The translations under genes and the position numbers were made by a program. From positions 27,466,001 to 27,530,000 of the forward strand of contig OX597839.1 of assembly GCA_951406725.2 (NCBI GenBank): a stretch of DNA of 64,000 nt, written 5' to 3'. Each line of letters opens with the position of its first letter. Position 1 is the first letter of the stretch. The stretch is from Octopus vulgaris. Taxonomy: Eukaryota. The notes beneath the pieces were generated by a model. That model saw nothing but the letters and a program-made list of their open reading frames with translations. It was not told where the DNA came from and made no database searches. Of this stretch, positions 29,452-44,800 are shown in pieces.

Positions 29452-30427
29452 TTCCCTTTCTCGTCCGCTTTCTCCCCCTCTCTCTTTCTCACTCTCTATT
29501 CCTTTCACTCTCTCTCACACACACATTCCCTCTCCATCTCTCTTCACCGTTTCCCATAAATAGACCAACAGCCGACAGCACCTGACCTCCCGTTATTAAA
29601 ATGTCTCTCGTGTCAACAACAAGCTGACAATGGCCGCCTGAAAACATTATACTTCCGCACAATTCTCCTTTTTTATCAAAACACCGAGCATTCGTGCAAG
29701 CTAATGCATTTATACAATTCCTCTGCCACCACTACTCTTTTACTCTTTTACTCTTTTACTCTTTTGCTTGTTTCAGTCATTTGACTGCGGCCGTGCTGGA
29801 GCACCACCTTTTTTAGTCGAGCAAATCGACCCCGGAACTTATTCTTTTGTAAGCCCAGTACTTATTCTATCGGTCTCTTTTGCCGAACCGCTAAGTGACG
29901 GGGACATAAACACCAGCATCGGTTGTCAGCCAATGCTAGAGGGACAAACACAGACACACAAACACACACACGCACGCATACATATATATATATATATATA
30001 TACATACATATATATGACAGGCTACTTTCAGTTTCCGTCTAACAAATCCACTCACAAGGGTTTGGTTCGCCCGAGGCTATAGTAGAAGACACTTGCCGAA
30101 GGTGCCACGCAGTGGGACTGAACCCGGAACCATGTGGTTGGTAGGCAAGCTACTTACCACACAGCCACACTACTACTACTACTTCTACTGCATCAATAAT
30201 CCTTTCTACTTAAGTCACAAGGCCTGAAATTTTTTTGAGGGGGAGGAAACCAGTCGATTACATCGACCACAGTGTTTCATTGGTACTTATTTCCTCGACC
30301 CCGAATGGATAAAAAAGGCAAAGTCGACCTGGGTGGAATTTGAACTCGGTACGTAAAGTCGGACGAAATGCCATGAAATATTTTGCCCGCTGCCCTAACG
30401 ATTCTGCCAGCTCACCAACTTAATAAT

Positions 30428-30940
<513 letters not shown>

Positions 30941-31129
30941 TGATAATAATAATAATAATAATAATGGTGATGGTGATGATGATGATGATAATCCTCTTTA
31001 CCAAAGCACAAGGTCTGAAATTTTGGAGGAGGAGACGAGTCGATGATATCGACCCCAATATTTCACTGCAAGAATTCTAAAAAAAAGATTCTTTGAAGAT
31101 GCGAAAGTTCTTCGTTAGAAACTGTGTGA

Positions 31130-31560
31130 AAAGTTTTCGTTCGAGAGAAGCAACATGTGGTGCGAGATTGGCTGAGTCGGAGACCTGTAAAATCCTTTGG
31201 GATTTCCTAATCCAAAGAGACCAGGTGTTTGAGCACAGGCCTGGGTCTAGTGGTGGTGGACAAGGTAAACCCCATGTGCTCTATATTCGATGTTGTGTCC
31301 TCCTTTGACCCACAAATAGTTAAGAAGGAAGGCGAAAAAATAGACGTATACGATCCTCTCAAATAGAAACAGCTCGACTGTGAAAAATGAAAAAGGTGAA
31401 AAAAGAGCCAACTATTGTTGGGTTCTTGAGGATCCTATCAGAAGGGATCAAGATGAACATAAAGGAAATCGGAATAGAGTGCCCAGTAGAATTGTTACAA
31501 AAGGTTTGTCTCCTTGGCACGGCCAGAATTAACAGGAAAATATTAGAACTGATAGCATGG
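31130..31560 (+). pseudogene. R4/Dong-type RLE fragment
   Basis: ESETCKILWDFLIQRDQVFEHRP and VELLQKVCLLGTARINRKIL; followed by TAA/TAG repeats. Confidence 0.7.
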
Positions 31561-31619
31561 TACTCCTGCAATACGGCAGGAGTTTCCACAAAACTTGAGC
31601 TAAAAGAATAATAATAACG

Positions 31620-31676
<57 letters not shown>

Positions 31677-33039
31677 ATGGTGATGGTGGTGGTAGTGTTA
31701 TGGTGGTGGTGGTGGTAGTATCAGTAGTAATAGAAGAAGAAGAAGAAGAAGATGATGATGAAGAAGAGGAAAAATTAATTCTAATTCAAGGAGAGAAGAT
31801 GAATTTATCCCCTCGGGTAAATTCATATCTATGACTTTTGCTGACCTACTTTTTATCATCCGAAATCAAAAATATCATGTGACATGCACGATCGATTGAT
31901 CTATTTATCTAGATAGGTATATACATCTACAGGAACATCAACCGGTTTATCGATTTTTACTGCAACCAATTGCAATTTCTTTCATTTATGTAAAGCTTGC
32001 ATTGTTCAACATTTTCCCCCCTTAAATGTCCAATTGCATTTCACACTCTTTCAGTTTCCAAATATAGTTGGAGAGAGTGGTGACATCGTTATTTTCTATA
32101 ATTTATAAGCGCTACTTAAATTCATTTGCCGTCATTTCGATATTGTGTTTACTCGGGATGGGTATGTTTTATTTTGTAGAGATGACCTCGGCCATGTTAA
32201 TAATGGAATAATCAGCTCTGCAGCAATGATGTTCAGAATATAAAGCTTTATTTCTGCCACAAAAATTTACCTGTGTCTGTTTGGCAGAATTCATATAGGC
32301 GCAGGAGTGGCTGTGTGGTAAGTAGCTTGCTAACCAACCACATGGTTCCGGGTTCAGTCCCACTGCGTGGCACCTTGGGCAAGTGTCTTCTGCTATAGCC
32401 CCGGGCCGACCAATGCTTTGTGAGGAAATTTGGTAGACGGAAACTGAAAGAAGCCTGTCGTATATATGTATATATATATATATATATGTGTGTATGTGTT
32501 TGTCCCCCTGGTGTGTTTACGTCCCCGTCACTTAGCGGTTCGGCAAAAGAGACCGATAGAATAAGTACTGGGCTTACAAAGAATAAGTCCCGGGGTCGAT
32601 TTGCTCGACTAAAAGGCGGTGCTCCAGCATGGCCGCAGTCAAATGACTGAAACAAGTAAAAGAGAGTAAAAGAGAGTAATAGCTATACATCATAATAGTT
32701 CATTTACAACTGGTAGAATCTTTGCTTAATCAATGCAGAAAAACGGTTAAATTAGCCCCTAAATAGTTTATAAAGAAACTGTTTAGGTTGGATACGTACA
32801 TATATGCATACATGCTTACATACAAACATATTAATATATGTATGTATACACACACACACATATATATATGATTTATATATATACATATATATACATATAT
32901 ACATATATATATACATACATTTATATACATAAATTTAAATAGAAACATACATACATATATATATATGCGTGTGTGTGTATGTGTGTGTATATGTGTGTAT
33001 GTATATATATATTATATATATGCATACACACACATATAC

Positions 33040-33078
<39 letters not shown>

Positions 33079-33474
33079 TCTATCTATCTGTGTGTGTGTG
33101 TGCAAGTTAGAAAATTAAACAGAAGAGCAACAAGGAACGACCGGAAAATTCAAACACAAAACATGGACAAACTCTTCCCTCGTCAGTTGTCAAATCTTTA
33201 CAATGTGGATTTTACAATAAAGTTCACTTTTGGTGAACGCTCAGGAATGTTGAAGTGACGAAAACAAATATGAAGGCACAGGGTTTGACAATTTCGAGCG
33301 GATGTTGTTACACATCGCTGGTCTGGTCGTCGTTTGCCTTCAAACATAGGAGAAGGAAAGAGTCCGAGAAGGGGTGAAGACAGGGGATCACCACCAAACT
33401 TTTAGGTGTTTTCGCTCAATAAACGCTAGTAATACAGACGACCGGAGTCCGCATACTAAAACTGGGCCATTGCG

Positions 33475-33560
<86 letters not shown>

Positions 33561-33653
33561 CGAGTAAGCAAATGAAAGTGAAGCAAGGTAGAAAAAAAAG
33601 CAGCAGGAGTAGAGTAATATGGTTTGTTATTAAGGATGCAAAAAACATCACAG

Positions 33654-33691
33654 CTGCCCGATGAACGGGAACGTGAAACTCTGAGCAGCAG
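33654..33691 (+). ncRNA. Minimal hammerhead-like motif
   Basis: CUGC-CCGAUGA-ACG(GGAA)CGU-GAAA-CUCUGAG-CA-GCAG; same family as 26599-26636. Confidence 0.5.
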
Positions 33692-33896
33692 TTTTTGTGA
33701 TATTCTGCTTTGCAGCTTTAATAATAAAGTATATATGTATACGCACACACACGCACACACACACACACACACACATACATATATATATATATTACATTTA
33801 CAGATAAATTCCTCTACTTACATCATCATATCGAGGTCTCTTTCAATCTTTTGTTGTCTTACCATTTTCATCAATATATATATATATGTATATATA

Positions 33897-33929
<33 letters not shown>

Positions 33930-34140
33930 ATATGTATGTATATATACATACACAAACGCATATACATACACGTACGCATATGTATACAGGTATACCCACT
34001 TATATATACATACACACACGCATATAGATACATGCATACATACAGATTCAAAATACCTATGTTACATAGGTATTTTGAATCAATATTTATTTTGCACTTT
34101 TGCAGTATTTTACCTGGAATTTTTCCTGTCTTTTTGAAGC

Positions 34141-34228
34141 AAGGCTCTTGAAGAGGCTTCCATAAATAGACAGGAATTTCTTTTATAAATCAATTAATGT
34201 ATATAAGACGAAACAAATTGTTGGCTTT
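34141..34228 (+). ncRNA. Degenerate hammerhead-like motif
   Basis: AAGGCU-CUUGAAGA-GGCUU...AAGAC-GAAA-CAAAUUG-UU-GGCUUU; same architecture as 25978-26078. Confidence 0.4.
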
Positions 34229-34330
34229 ATATGGTTATATTGTATTATATTATGTTGTTATATATCAAATCGTAATGTAAATAAATTGTTATTTTGTCAA
34301 TTGTATTTCTGTTTCATTTAATATTCATAC

Positions 34331-34395
<65 letters not shown>

Positions 34396-34474
34396 CATGC
34401 ATACATACAGATTCAAAATACATATGTTACATAGGTATTTTGGGTGGGTGGGTGGATGGATGGATGATTGGATG

Positions 34475-34529
<55 letters not shown>

Positions 34530-35395
34530 GGATAGATGGATGGATGGATAGATAGGTAGGTGGATGGATGGATGGATGGATGGATTGATAGATAGATAGA
34601 TAGATAGATAGATAGGTAGGTAGGTAGGTAGGTAGGTAGGTAGGTAGGTAGGTAGGTAGGTAGGTAGGTAGGTGGATGGATTGATAGATAGGTAGGTAGA
34701 TGGATAGATAGATATATAGATGGATACACACATACGTACACACACATTCTTATATATTGTTAGTCTCAATAAAGATAACATGATACAGCACGTCTTACAT
34801 TGTGTATTCTTAATCGTCCATGTTTCGATAGCGCACGCACACACACACACACACACACGCGCGCACACACGCACACATATATATATACACACACACAGAT
34901 ATTGGCACTACCAATGTGGATGTGGGTGCGTGTATGAAATTAAGAATTTATATCAACATGAAATACAGCGAAGAATAAATGGCAGATAATATGCTGTGAC
35001 ACGTCTTAATAGGATCCTCTGATGAACTGTTGTGTGAAATATGGTTAAATACATCGGCAGAAGATGAGCCATTTGTTTATAATTAGCGTTTCAATAGGAC
35101 AGTTCCACTTTGGATGGACGGGGGTGGAAGGTAGGTGTGTAACGGTAGAGCTGTATCGATAAAAGGTGAAGAATCGCGAGAGTATTGACATTTTCTGGAT
35201 CTGTTTACTCTCTTCCTTGGTTTGTTTATGCGTGTAGGCGTCCGTCTGTCCGTGTGTGTGTGTGTGTGTATGTGTGTGTAGGTGTGTGTTACTGTGTCTG
35301 TGTGCGTGTGCGTTTGTATTCCTGTGCGTGCGCGTATGTATTGTTTGTCATCTGTACAAATATATATTACACATAAATTTCAGTAATCTGTGTGT

Positions 35396-35470
<75 letters not shown>

Positions 35471-35476
35471 GTGGTC

Positions 35477-35558
<82 letters not shown>

Positions 35559-35841
35559 AGTTGGCAGAAACGTTAGCACGCCGGGCGAAATGCGTAGCTG
35601 TATTTCGTCTGCCTTTACGTTCTGAGTTCAAACTCCGCCGAGGTCGACTTTGCCTTTCATCCTTTCGGGGTCGATAAATAAAGTACCAGTTACGCACTGG
35701 GGTCAATGTAATCGACTTAATCCCTTTGTCTGTCCTTTTTTGTCCCCTCTGTGTTTAGCCCCTTGTGGATAGTAAAGAAATATATATATATATATATATA
35801 TATCCTCTGTCTTCCCTTCTCGGGATCTTTCCTTCTCCTTT

Positions 35842-35876
35842 GTTTCCGACGAAGAGCTCCGCTCGAAACGTTAAAC
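35842..35876 (+). ncRNA. Minimal hammerhead motif (palindromic stem III)
   Basis: GUUU-CCGACGA-A-GAGC(UCC)GCUC-GAAA-CG-UU-AAAC; related decayed copies at 26923-26956, 55541-55574, 59456-59493 and on the minus strand near 33280-33302. Confidence 0.6.
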
Positions 35877-37181
35877 CCTCCTTCTTCCCGTCTTTCCTGA
35901 GCGTCCAAAAATACTATATTTGTTCCACGTCCTCGCGTTTCCTTTTTTTTTCTTTTGTGTTCTCTTGTTTGGTACTTAATTTATCGACCCCGAAAGGATG
36001 AAAGGCAAAGTCGACCTCGGCGGAACTTGAACTCAGAACGTAATGGCAGACGAAATACCTATTTCTTTATTACCCACAAGGGGCTAAACATAGAGGGGAC
36101 AAACAAGGACAGACAAAGGGATTAAATCGAATACATCGACCCCAGTGCGTAACTGGCACTTATTTAATCGACCCCGAAAGGATGAAAGGCAAATTCGACC
36201 TCGGCGGAATTTGAACTCATAACGTAATGGCAGAAGAAATACCTGTTTCTTTATTACCCACAAGGGGCTAAACATAGAGGGGACAAACAAGGACAGACAT
36301 AGGTATTAAGTCGATTACATGGACCCCTGTGCTTAACTGGTACTTAATTTATCGACCCCGAAAGGATGAAAGTCAAAGTCGACCTCGGCGGAATTTGAAC
36401 TCAGAACGTAATGACAGACGAAATACCTATTACTTTATTACCCACAAGGGGCTAAACACAGAGGGGACAAACAAGGACAGACATAGGTATTAAATCGAAT
36501 ACGTCGACTCCAGTGCGTAATTGATACTTATTTAATCGACCCCAAAAGGACGAAAGGCAAAGTCGACCTCGGCGGAATTTGAACTCAGAACGTAACGGCA
36601 GACGAAATACCGCTAAGCATTTCGCCCGGCGTGCTAACGATTCTGCCAGCTCTCCGACTTTACCCAATTGTGTAAGCATTTTCACGGTTATTCTGTGTTC
36701 GGATTTCCTTTATTTTCTGTGAAATCCCAACTAAATCGGCGCTTCTAAATTTGTGTATAAAATTTATTCTCACATTCTATATCTTATTATTTAGCGTTTG
36801 CTGGCAGAAACGTTAGCATGTCGGACAAAATGCTGAACGATATTTCGTCTGTCCTTCTGTTTTCAGTTCAAGTTCCACCTTGGTTGACTTTGCTTTTCAT
36901 CCTTTCAGAGACGATAAATTAGGTACCAGTTGAGTCGACTTGTCCTCACCTGGCCCCACCACCGCCACCAAAATTTCAGGCCTTGTGCCTATGGAGGAAA
37001 GGAGTATTCAGCGTTGTAACACAGCGCTCGCTTAACATAATGGTGCAGAGCGCCCAGGCGTTGTTGGAGGGGTACGTGGTTCGTTCCTATGTAAACCCTT
37101 GCTAACCACTGCTTCTAAGGACAACTGCTTCGAAACTTCCAGCTCTCCATCCAAATTATGAATTCATATTCATGCCATATT

Positions 37182-37228
<47 letters not shown>

Positions 37229-37553
37229 GTACCAAATCCTATATAAACCGAAAATCCGACTCGGGGTTGTTTCCAAGTGTGACTTGTGGAGGCGCGTGGC
37301 TTAGTGGTTAGGGTGTCAGCATCATGATCGTAAGATTGTGGTTTCGGTTCCTGGACCGGGCGACTCATTGTGTTCCTGAGCAAAACACTTCATTCCACGT
37401 TGCTCCTGTCCACTCAGCTAGCAAAAATGAGTAACGCTGCGATGGACTGGCGTCCCGTCCAGCTGGGGAACATATCAACCATTGAAACCGGGAAACCGGG
37501 CCCATATACACACATATACATTCACACACACACACACACACACATACACACAC

Positions 37554-37594
<41 letters not shown>

Positions 37595-39476
37595 AATGTG
37601 TATGTGTGTGAAACCCGATCTAATCAGTTTTCAGAGTTTTTGAGATTTCCTTTATTTTCTGTTAAATATTTAAATAGTTAACTGTCGCAGGAGTGGCTGT
37701 GTGGTAAGTAGCTTGCTAACCAACCACATGGTTCCGGGTTCAGTCCCACTGCGTGGCATCTTGGGCAAGTGTCTTCTGCTATAGCCCCGCGCCGACCAAT
37801 GCCTTGTGAGTGGATTTGGTAGACGGAAACTGAAAGAAGCCTGTCGTATATATGTATATATTTATATATATATGTGTTTGTGTGTCTGTGTTTGTCCCCC
37901 TAGCATTGCTTGACAACCGATGCTGGTGTGTTTACGTCCCCGTCACTTAGCGGTTCGGCAAAAAGAGACCGATAGAATAAGTACTGGGCTTACAAAGAAT
38001 AAGTCCCGGGGTCGATTTGGTCGACTAAAGGCGGTGCTCCAGCATGGCCGCAGTCAAATGACTGAAACAAGTAAAAGAGTAAAAGAGTAATCTTACCTCC
38101 TACAAATTGTTTGCCTGTTTACACTTTTATTTAAATTTACTTGTGCGCTATTTATTGTTATTCCCCGTGAAGGTGCATGGCTTAGTGGTTAAGAGTATCC
38201 GGCTCACGATCGTTAGGTCGGGAGTTCGATACTCGGTGATACGTTTTGTCCTTCAGCAAGACACTTTACTTCACGTTACTCCAGTCTACACATCTTGCAG
38301 AAATGAGCCGTACCTGTAAATCAAAAGACCAGCCTTGTCACATTCTGAAAACTACATTAAAGGTACACGTGTCTGTGGAATACTCAACCACTTTCACGTT
38401 AATTTCATGAGCAGGCTGTTCCGTTGAGCAGATCAACTGGTACACTCCTCGTCGCAACTGACGGAGTACCAGTATTCCTATACCTGACGGTGAAGGATTT
38501 CGTCTTCCCGTTGCAGCTTCCAACCAATATCCGTCTGTGCAGAAGGTAGGCTTCTCTCCTGAAAGTATCGATTCCATTTACATCGACAGACCAAATGTAT
38601 CTGGTAAAAACTGCCGTGAGGAATTCACGTGTAAAAATTCGATGGAGATCAAAGCTGAAAACTCTTCTGTAGCAATACGCTGTCCATTCGCTGCATCCAG
38701 TTTTGTTCATTTCTTTTAAACAAGCAACCGGCTTATACAATGTCCTTTAATCGATATAAGTTTAATAGCAAATTAAGGTGGTGAGCTGGCAGAATCGTTA
38801 AGCACGCCGGGCGAAATGCTAAGCGGTATTTCGTCTGCCGCTACATTCTGAGTTCAAATTCCGCCGAGGTCGACTTCGCTTTTTATCCTCTCGGGGTCGA
38901 TTAAATAAGTACCAGTTACGCACTAGGGTCGATATAATCGAGTTAATCCGTTTGTCTGTCATTGTTTGTCCCCTCTGTGTTTAGCCCCTTGTGGGTAGTA
39001 AAGAAATAAGTATTTCCTCTGCCGTTACGTTCTGAGTTCAAATTCCGCCGAGGTCGACTTTGCCTTTCATCCTTTCGGGGTCGATAAATTAAGTACCAGT
39101 TACGCACTGGGGTCGATGTAATCGACTTAATCCGTTTGTCTGTCTTTGTTTTCCACTCTCTATTTAGCCTTTTGTGGGCAATAGAGAAATAAGAAGTTTA
39201 ATGGCAAATAGGTGCAAGTCTAATACATTTAATAAGCTTTTTAAAAATGTTCTTCCTGGTTTAGTCGCACTGCGTGGCACCTTGGGCTGCTGCCTTCCGA
39301 CCAAAGCCTTTGTGAGTGGTCAACGGAAACTAAAAGAAGCCTGTCGTGTATGCATGTATGTATGTATGTATGTCTCTTCTATTTTTTAATTACTATAAAT
39401 CTTCCACTGAGGAGGGAGCTGGTTTCCAACAACGATACAAGGCTCCATCACTGGGATGTAGTTAACACAGACAAAT

Positions 39477-39740
39477 TCACATTTGGAACTTGACAAAAGT
39501 CTTGCATATTTTTACTATTCCACTCACGGATTGCACTTGTAATGTACGAATTATTCGGTCGATTTCTCTCTCTGAAAATCCCAGTTTATCCAGATTCTCC
39601 TTTAAGCATTTACTAACGAAACCTAGAGCTCCAATTACTATTGGTATGAATATGAATTCTTCATATGGATATAGCAGCTGGAGGTTTCGAAGCAGTTGTT
39701 CATAGATATCCTCTTTTTCTTTGATTTTCAGAGAGATATT
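39477..39740 (-). pseudogene. RLE-type non-LTR C-terminal fragment
   Basis: KEKEDIYEQL..FIPIVIGALGFV..LQVQSVSG motif. Confidence 0.6.
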
Positions 39741-39995
39741 TATATCAGACAGACAGACAGACAGACGGAAAGATGGATGGATAGGTAGGTAGGTAGGTAG
39801 GTAGGTAGGTGGGTAGGTAGGTAGGTGGGTGGGTAGGTAGGTAGGTGGGTAGGTAGATGGATGGATGGACAAACGAACGGACAGACAGACAGACACAAAG
39901 ACAGACTAACAGATAGATAGATAGATAGATAGATAGGTAGGTAGGTAGGTAGGTAGGTGGACGGACAGACAGGCAGACAGAATGACTGACAGATT

Positions 39996-40031
<36 letters not shown>

Positions 40032-40214
40032 TATAGATAGATAAGCAGGCCGATCGACTGATCGATAGATAGACAGACGGACAGATCGATTAAGCAGACT
40101 TGCTCCATACATTTATACATTTATCCGCAGACAAATCTTGTTTGAGTTCCAATTACTAATTCATTATTCTAAAATACATTTTTTACAAAAAAAATAAATA
40201 AATAAAATGAAAAG

Positions 40215-40251
<37 letters not shown>

Positions 40252-40353
40252 TAATGATAATAACAACAACAACAATAATAATAATAATAATAATAATAAT
40301 AAACGGAGGAGAACAACCATCTTTCAAGAATGGAATAGTCAAAACTATCATTA

Positions 40354-40406
<53 letters not shown>

Positions 40407-40535
40407 GTTATTGTTATTATTATTATTTTTATTATTACTATTATTATTATTGTTATTATTGTTATTATTATTATTATTATTACTATTATTATTATTGTTA
40501 TTATTATTATTGTTATTATTATTATTATCATTATT

Positions 40536-40566
<31 letters not shown>

Positions 40567-40678
40567 CTATTATTATTATTGTTATTATTGTTATTATTAT
40601 CATTATTATTATTGTTATTATTATTATTATTGTTATTATTATTATTGTTATTATTATTATTATTATTACTATTATTAA

Positions 40679-40712
<34 letters not shown>

Positions 40713-40720
40713 GCTATTAC
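40215..40720. repeat. Opposed (AAT)n / (ATT)n tracts
   Basis: (AAT)n at ~40215-40300 and degenerate (ATT)n at ~40345-40720. Confidence 0.95.
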
Positions 40721-40954
40721 TTTGTAAAGTTCTCTTGTTATATTCGATATATCTAAAAATATGATACGATATGGAGAGGTAAAAAGTCTAAATTTGTATT
40801 TGTCATAATGCCAGACTGATGAAAACATAACAAAATAACTAAAAAAAAAAAACGAAAAAAAAATAAACAAAGCAAAAAAAAACAAATGAGGATCTCTTCA
40901 TTAATATAGATTTTTATCTCATTTCATAATTTATAGTTCTTTCTCTCTGTATCC

Positions 40955-41020
<66 letters not shown>

Positions 41021-41209
41021 CTTCTCATCTCCCTTTCTCTTCCCTCTCTTTCTCCCCCCTGTTGTATTTTAGGAATATCGTTTCTATTGTTTTTTCATCT
41101 CATGTTCTTCTTTAGTCGCCATTTTTTTTTTTTGTTCATCTGCTTCTTCAAATTTCTTTCTACGCATTATCCCCGTTCTTCGCCTCGCTGCTATTGCAGT
41201 TTGGTTTCG

Positions 41210-41245
<36 letters not shown>

Positions 41246-41418
41246 TATTATGCTGTTGTTGTTCTTGTTGAAGTTGCTAATGATGCACGCCGAAATATGA
41301 ATACAAATAGAAAGAGAAATACGAAGAAGGAATAAATAGAAAGAAAGGAATTAAGTGTAAACGTGAAAAGGATCAGCAAGAATTAGTGTAGCAGAGAAAA
41401 GGAAGTGAAAATAGACTG

Positions 41419-41460
<42 letters not shown>

Positions 41461-41462
<2 letters not shown>

Positions 41463-41870
41463 GCGCAGGAGTGGCTGTGTGGTAAGTAGCTTGTCTACCA
41501 ACCAGATGGTTCCGGGTTCAGTCCCACTGCGTGGCATCTTGGGCAAGTGTCTTCTACTATAGCCTCGGGCCGACCAATGCCTTGTGAGTGGATTTGGTAG
41601 ACGGAAACTGAAAGAAGCCCGTCGTATATATGTATATATATATATATATATGTGTGCGCGTGTGTGTTTGTGTGTATGTGTTTGTCCCCGAGCATTGCTT
41701 GACAACCGATGATGGTGTATTTATGTCCCCGTTACTTAGCAGTTCGGCAAAAGAGACCGATAGAATAAGTACTGGGCTTACAAAAGAATAAGTCCCGGGG
41801 TCGAGTTGCTCGACTAAAGGCGGTGCTCCAGCATGGCCGCAGTCAAATGACTGAAACAAGTAAAAGAGTA
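41461..41870 (+). mobile_element. tRNA-headed SINE family B with internal (TA)/(TG) tract (representative copy)
   Basis: Head ggcgcaggagtggctgtgtggtaag..gggttcagtccc; tail gactgaaacaagtaaaagagt. Copies at ~9172-9560, 15025-15480, 22414-22570, 29740-30168(-), 32298-32680, 37685-38090, 44813-45229(-), 54790-55205(-), 59620-60390(-). Confidence 0.85.
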
Positions 41871-44800
41871 TATATATATATATATATATTATTATTATTA
41901 TTATTATTATTGAAATCATAATTTAGGGCATCTAAGAGATACCTCTACACTGGAAATAGCAGCCAAAACTTGACTCTAAAACCACATTAACTGTTCATAC
42001 GGCACCAGGAGAGAAGACAAAGAGATAAAATAAACTAGCAAAAAAATTACTGGAAAGGATAAAAGGCAAAAACCAGCCCCGTCAGAATTTGAACTCAGAA
42101 CATAATATTGATAATAATAATAACGATGATGATCATCATCATGATGATGATACACTGCAAACAAAAACATGGCGAGTCACCACTTATTCTAATTAGTGTC
42201 ATTGTGGTTCCTTTCGTGTTTTTTTTTTTTTTTTTTTTTTGCTCCATATCTTTTGTGTCCTTTTAGTCTTTCACAAAAAACCTACCGTAATTCCCCCAAA
42301 AGGCGATCCATTCATCGACTGCTACGGATAATTAAATCTATCTCACGTTTCCACACTCGAACCCAATGATGCGTGAAGGAATCCGTTGACCAAATGTTGC
42401 AGAAATATAAAAAAAGACTCAAAAACTTCGACCAGCGGACACACAGACAGACATTGTCTTCACAATAGCTGACTGAAAAACCACATCAACTTTATTACTT
42501 TTTTTCTTTCTCTTTTGTTATTTATTATATTTTTTTTCCTTTGAATTTACCTTGACAATCAGCGCCATCTATCGATCCTCTTTTTTTTCACTCAATTGTT
42601 CTCTCTTTCTACCCTTCTCGTTCTCTCTTTCTTTCTTTCTTTCTTTCTTTCTAATTGGCTCCAAAAATTTCCAGTGAATTTGATTAATGCGTTTGTGGCG
42701 GCCACAGTGAACCTAACTAAATAACAAAACGGCCAGGAATGTAAGTCTTATCTCCTAAGCCACTCTTCTGGTTTTATTAAATCGAAGACTTCTTAAAAAC
42801 TAAGAAAATGTCAAGTAGTTGACTAACTTCGCCTGGTTGGCCACATTCGGACACATTCTCCGTCTAACTCAGTGTTTCTCAACCATGTTTTCTCTATGGA
42901 CCCCTTTTGATTTATGTTTCGTTTGGATATACTCTCCTTGCCACCGGACGTTTCAAAAAAAATCTGTAATTAAATATTATTAGGAATTGTCTAAAAATTG
43001 TTTAAGGCGGCGAGGTGGCAGAACCGTTAGCACACCGGGCGAAATGCGTAGCCGTATTTCGTCTGCCGTTACGTTCTGAGTTCAAAATCCGCCGAGGTCG
43101 ACTTTGCCTTTCATCCTTTCGGACTCGATAAATTAAGTACCAGTTACGCACTGGGGGTCTATGTAATCGACTGTCCCCTCTCCCAAATTTCAGGCCTTGC
43201 GCTTATAGTAGAAAGGCTTGTTATTGTTGTCATCTTTATTAAGGCGGCCTGCTAGCAGAATCGTTACCGCGCAGGGCAAATACTTTGCAGCATTCATTCT
43301 GAGTTCTCTTTACATTCTGAGTTCAAACTCTGCCGAGATAGACTTTCCCTTTCATCCTTTCTAGGTATATAAATAAGTTCCAACTAAGCAAGGGTGTCGA
43401 TATAATCGACTGGGCCTCCTGCATAAAATTTCAGGCCTTATGTACATAGAACCAAAAATTGATATATTATCATTGGCTGTATATTTTATTTGTTATCTCG
43501 ACGTCATATTTGGTTAAGCGATGTATCTGCGATTATTACAATTATGTCGCAGCAGAGGCATGGCAGCCAGTTAACACACATATTTGCTGTTATATTCACA
43601 CTTTACTGTCATATTTTAACGGTAGTTTCGTACATACCTTATTGTTCAATATCAACAACAATGGCCCAGTGGTTAGGGAAGCGGACTCGCGGGCGGAGGA
43701 TCGCGGTTTCGATTCCCAGACCGGGCATTGTGTGTGTCTATTGAGCGAAAACACCTAAAGCTCCACGAGGCTCCGGCAGGGGGTGGTGGCGACCCCTCTT
43801 GTACTCTTTTGCCCCAACTTTCTTTCACTCTTTCTTCCCGTTTCTTGTCCTCGACTTCCTACGCAACCGCTGAGCCTGGATGCGCATTCATCCATCCGTC
43901 GATGCTCTCGGTGTCGGGGGTTGACCTGCTTTCTCTTCTGCGGGTCTTACGAATAGCAAAAGGACCACGTTTCGGACTTCTCCCACTACTTGCGAGCTCT
44001 GGGACGAAGACCGTTCGCTCAACAGCAACAGCATATCAACAACAACAACAAAAAAAAAGGCAGTGACCTGGGGAAATCGTTCGGACGTCGGAAGAAAAAA
44101 TGTCCCCGTAAACTAGCGGTTCGGCAAGAGAAACCGATAGAATAAGTACTAGGGTTACAAAGAATAAGTCCTGCGGTCGATTTGCACGACTAAAGGCGGT
44201 GCTCCAGCATAGTCACAGTTAAATGACTGAAACAAATAAAAGAAGGGATTCATTCTGATTGAGGGGAAACAATAATTTTTTAGTCTGTCTATAATCCAGC
44301 GCAGTAAGCAAGCTTTGGCGCTCAACCGAGTGGAATCACCGAATGGAATACATAGATAAGCATTGTAAGGATTGTCTCAATTGTTGTGGTTTGTGGCAGC
44401 GACGTTATTCTACGAAAAATGACACTTCGTGTGGTACGATAGAGATAACGTATCTGCACTTGTCTAGATAAAATCCTAGCAGGAAAAGGAAAAAAAACTA
44501 AAATTATGAAATAAGGGGAGATAATAACAAAAATAAGCTTTAAAAGGGTGATTGGAGTGAACAAAAGGAACAGTAAATGTGAAGTGATATCGAGATAGGA
44601 GGAGGAGGAGGAAGAAGAAGAAGAAGAAGAGGAGGAGAGGAGGGGAGGAGGAGGTAAATAGAGGTGGGTGAGCTGGAGGAAGAAGTAATATAAAAAAAAA
44701 TGAAAGGAAAGGTGTTAGAATTGGTATGAAGAGAGAAAGAGGGATTAGGATTTGTTCTTAAGAAGAGGCGTGAAATTGGTCCAAAGAGCTGCGCAGAATT

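Noticed and set aside
40169-40885. Poly-Ile/Leu membrane-protein-like ORFs
   Set aside because: Translations of an (ATT)n microsatellite.
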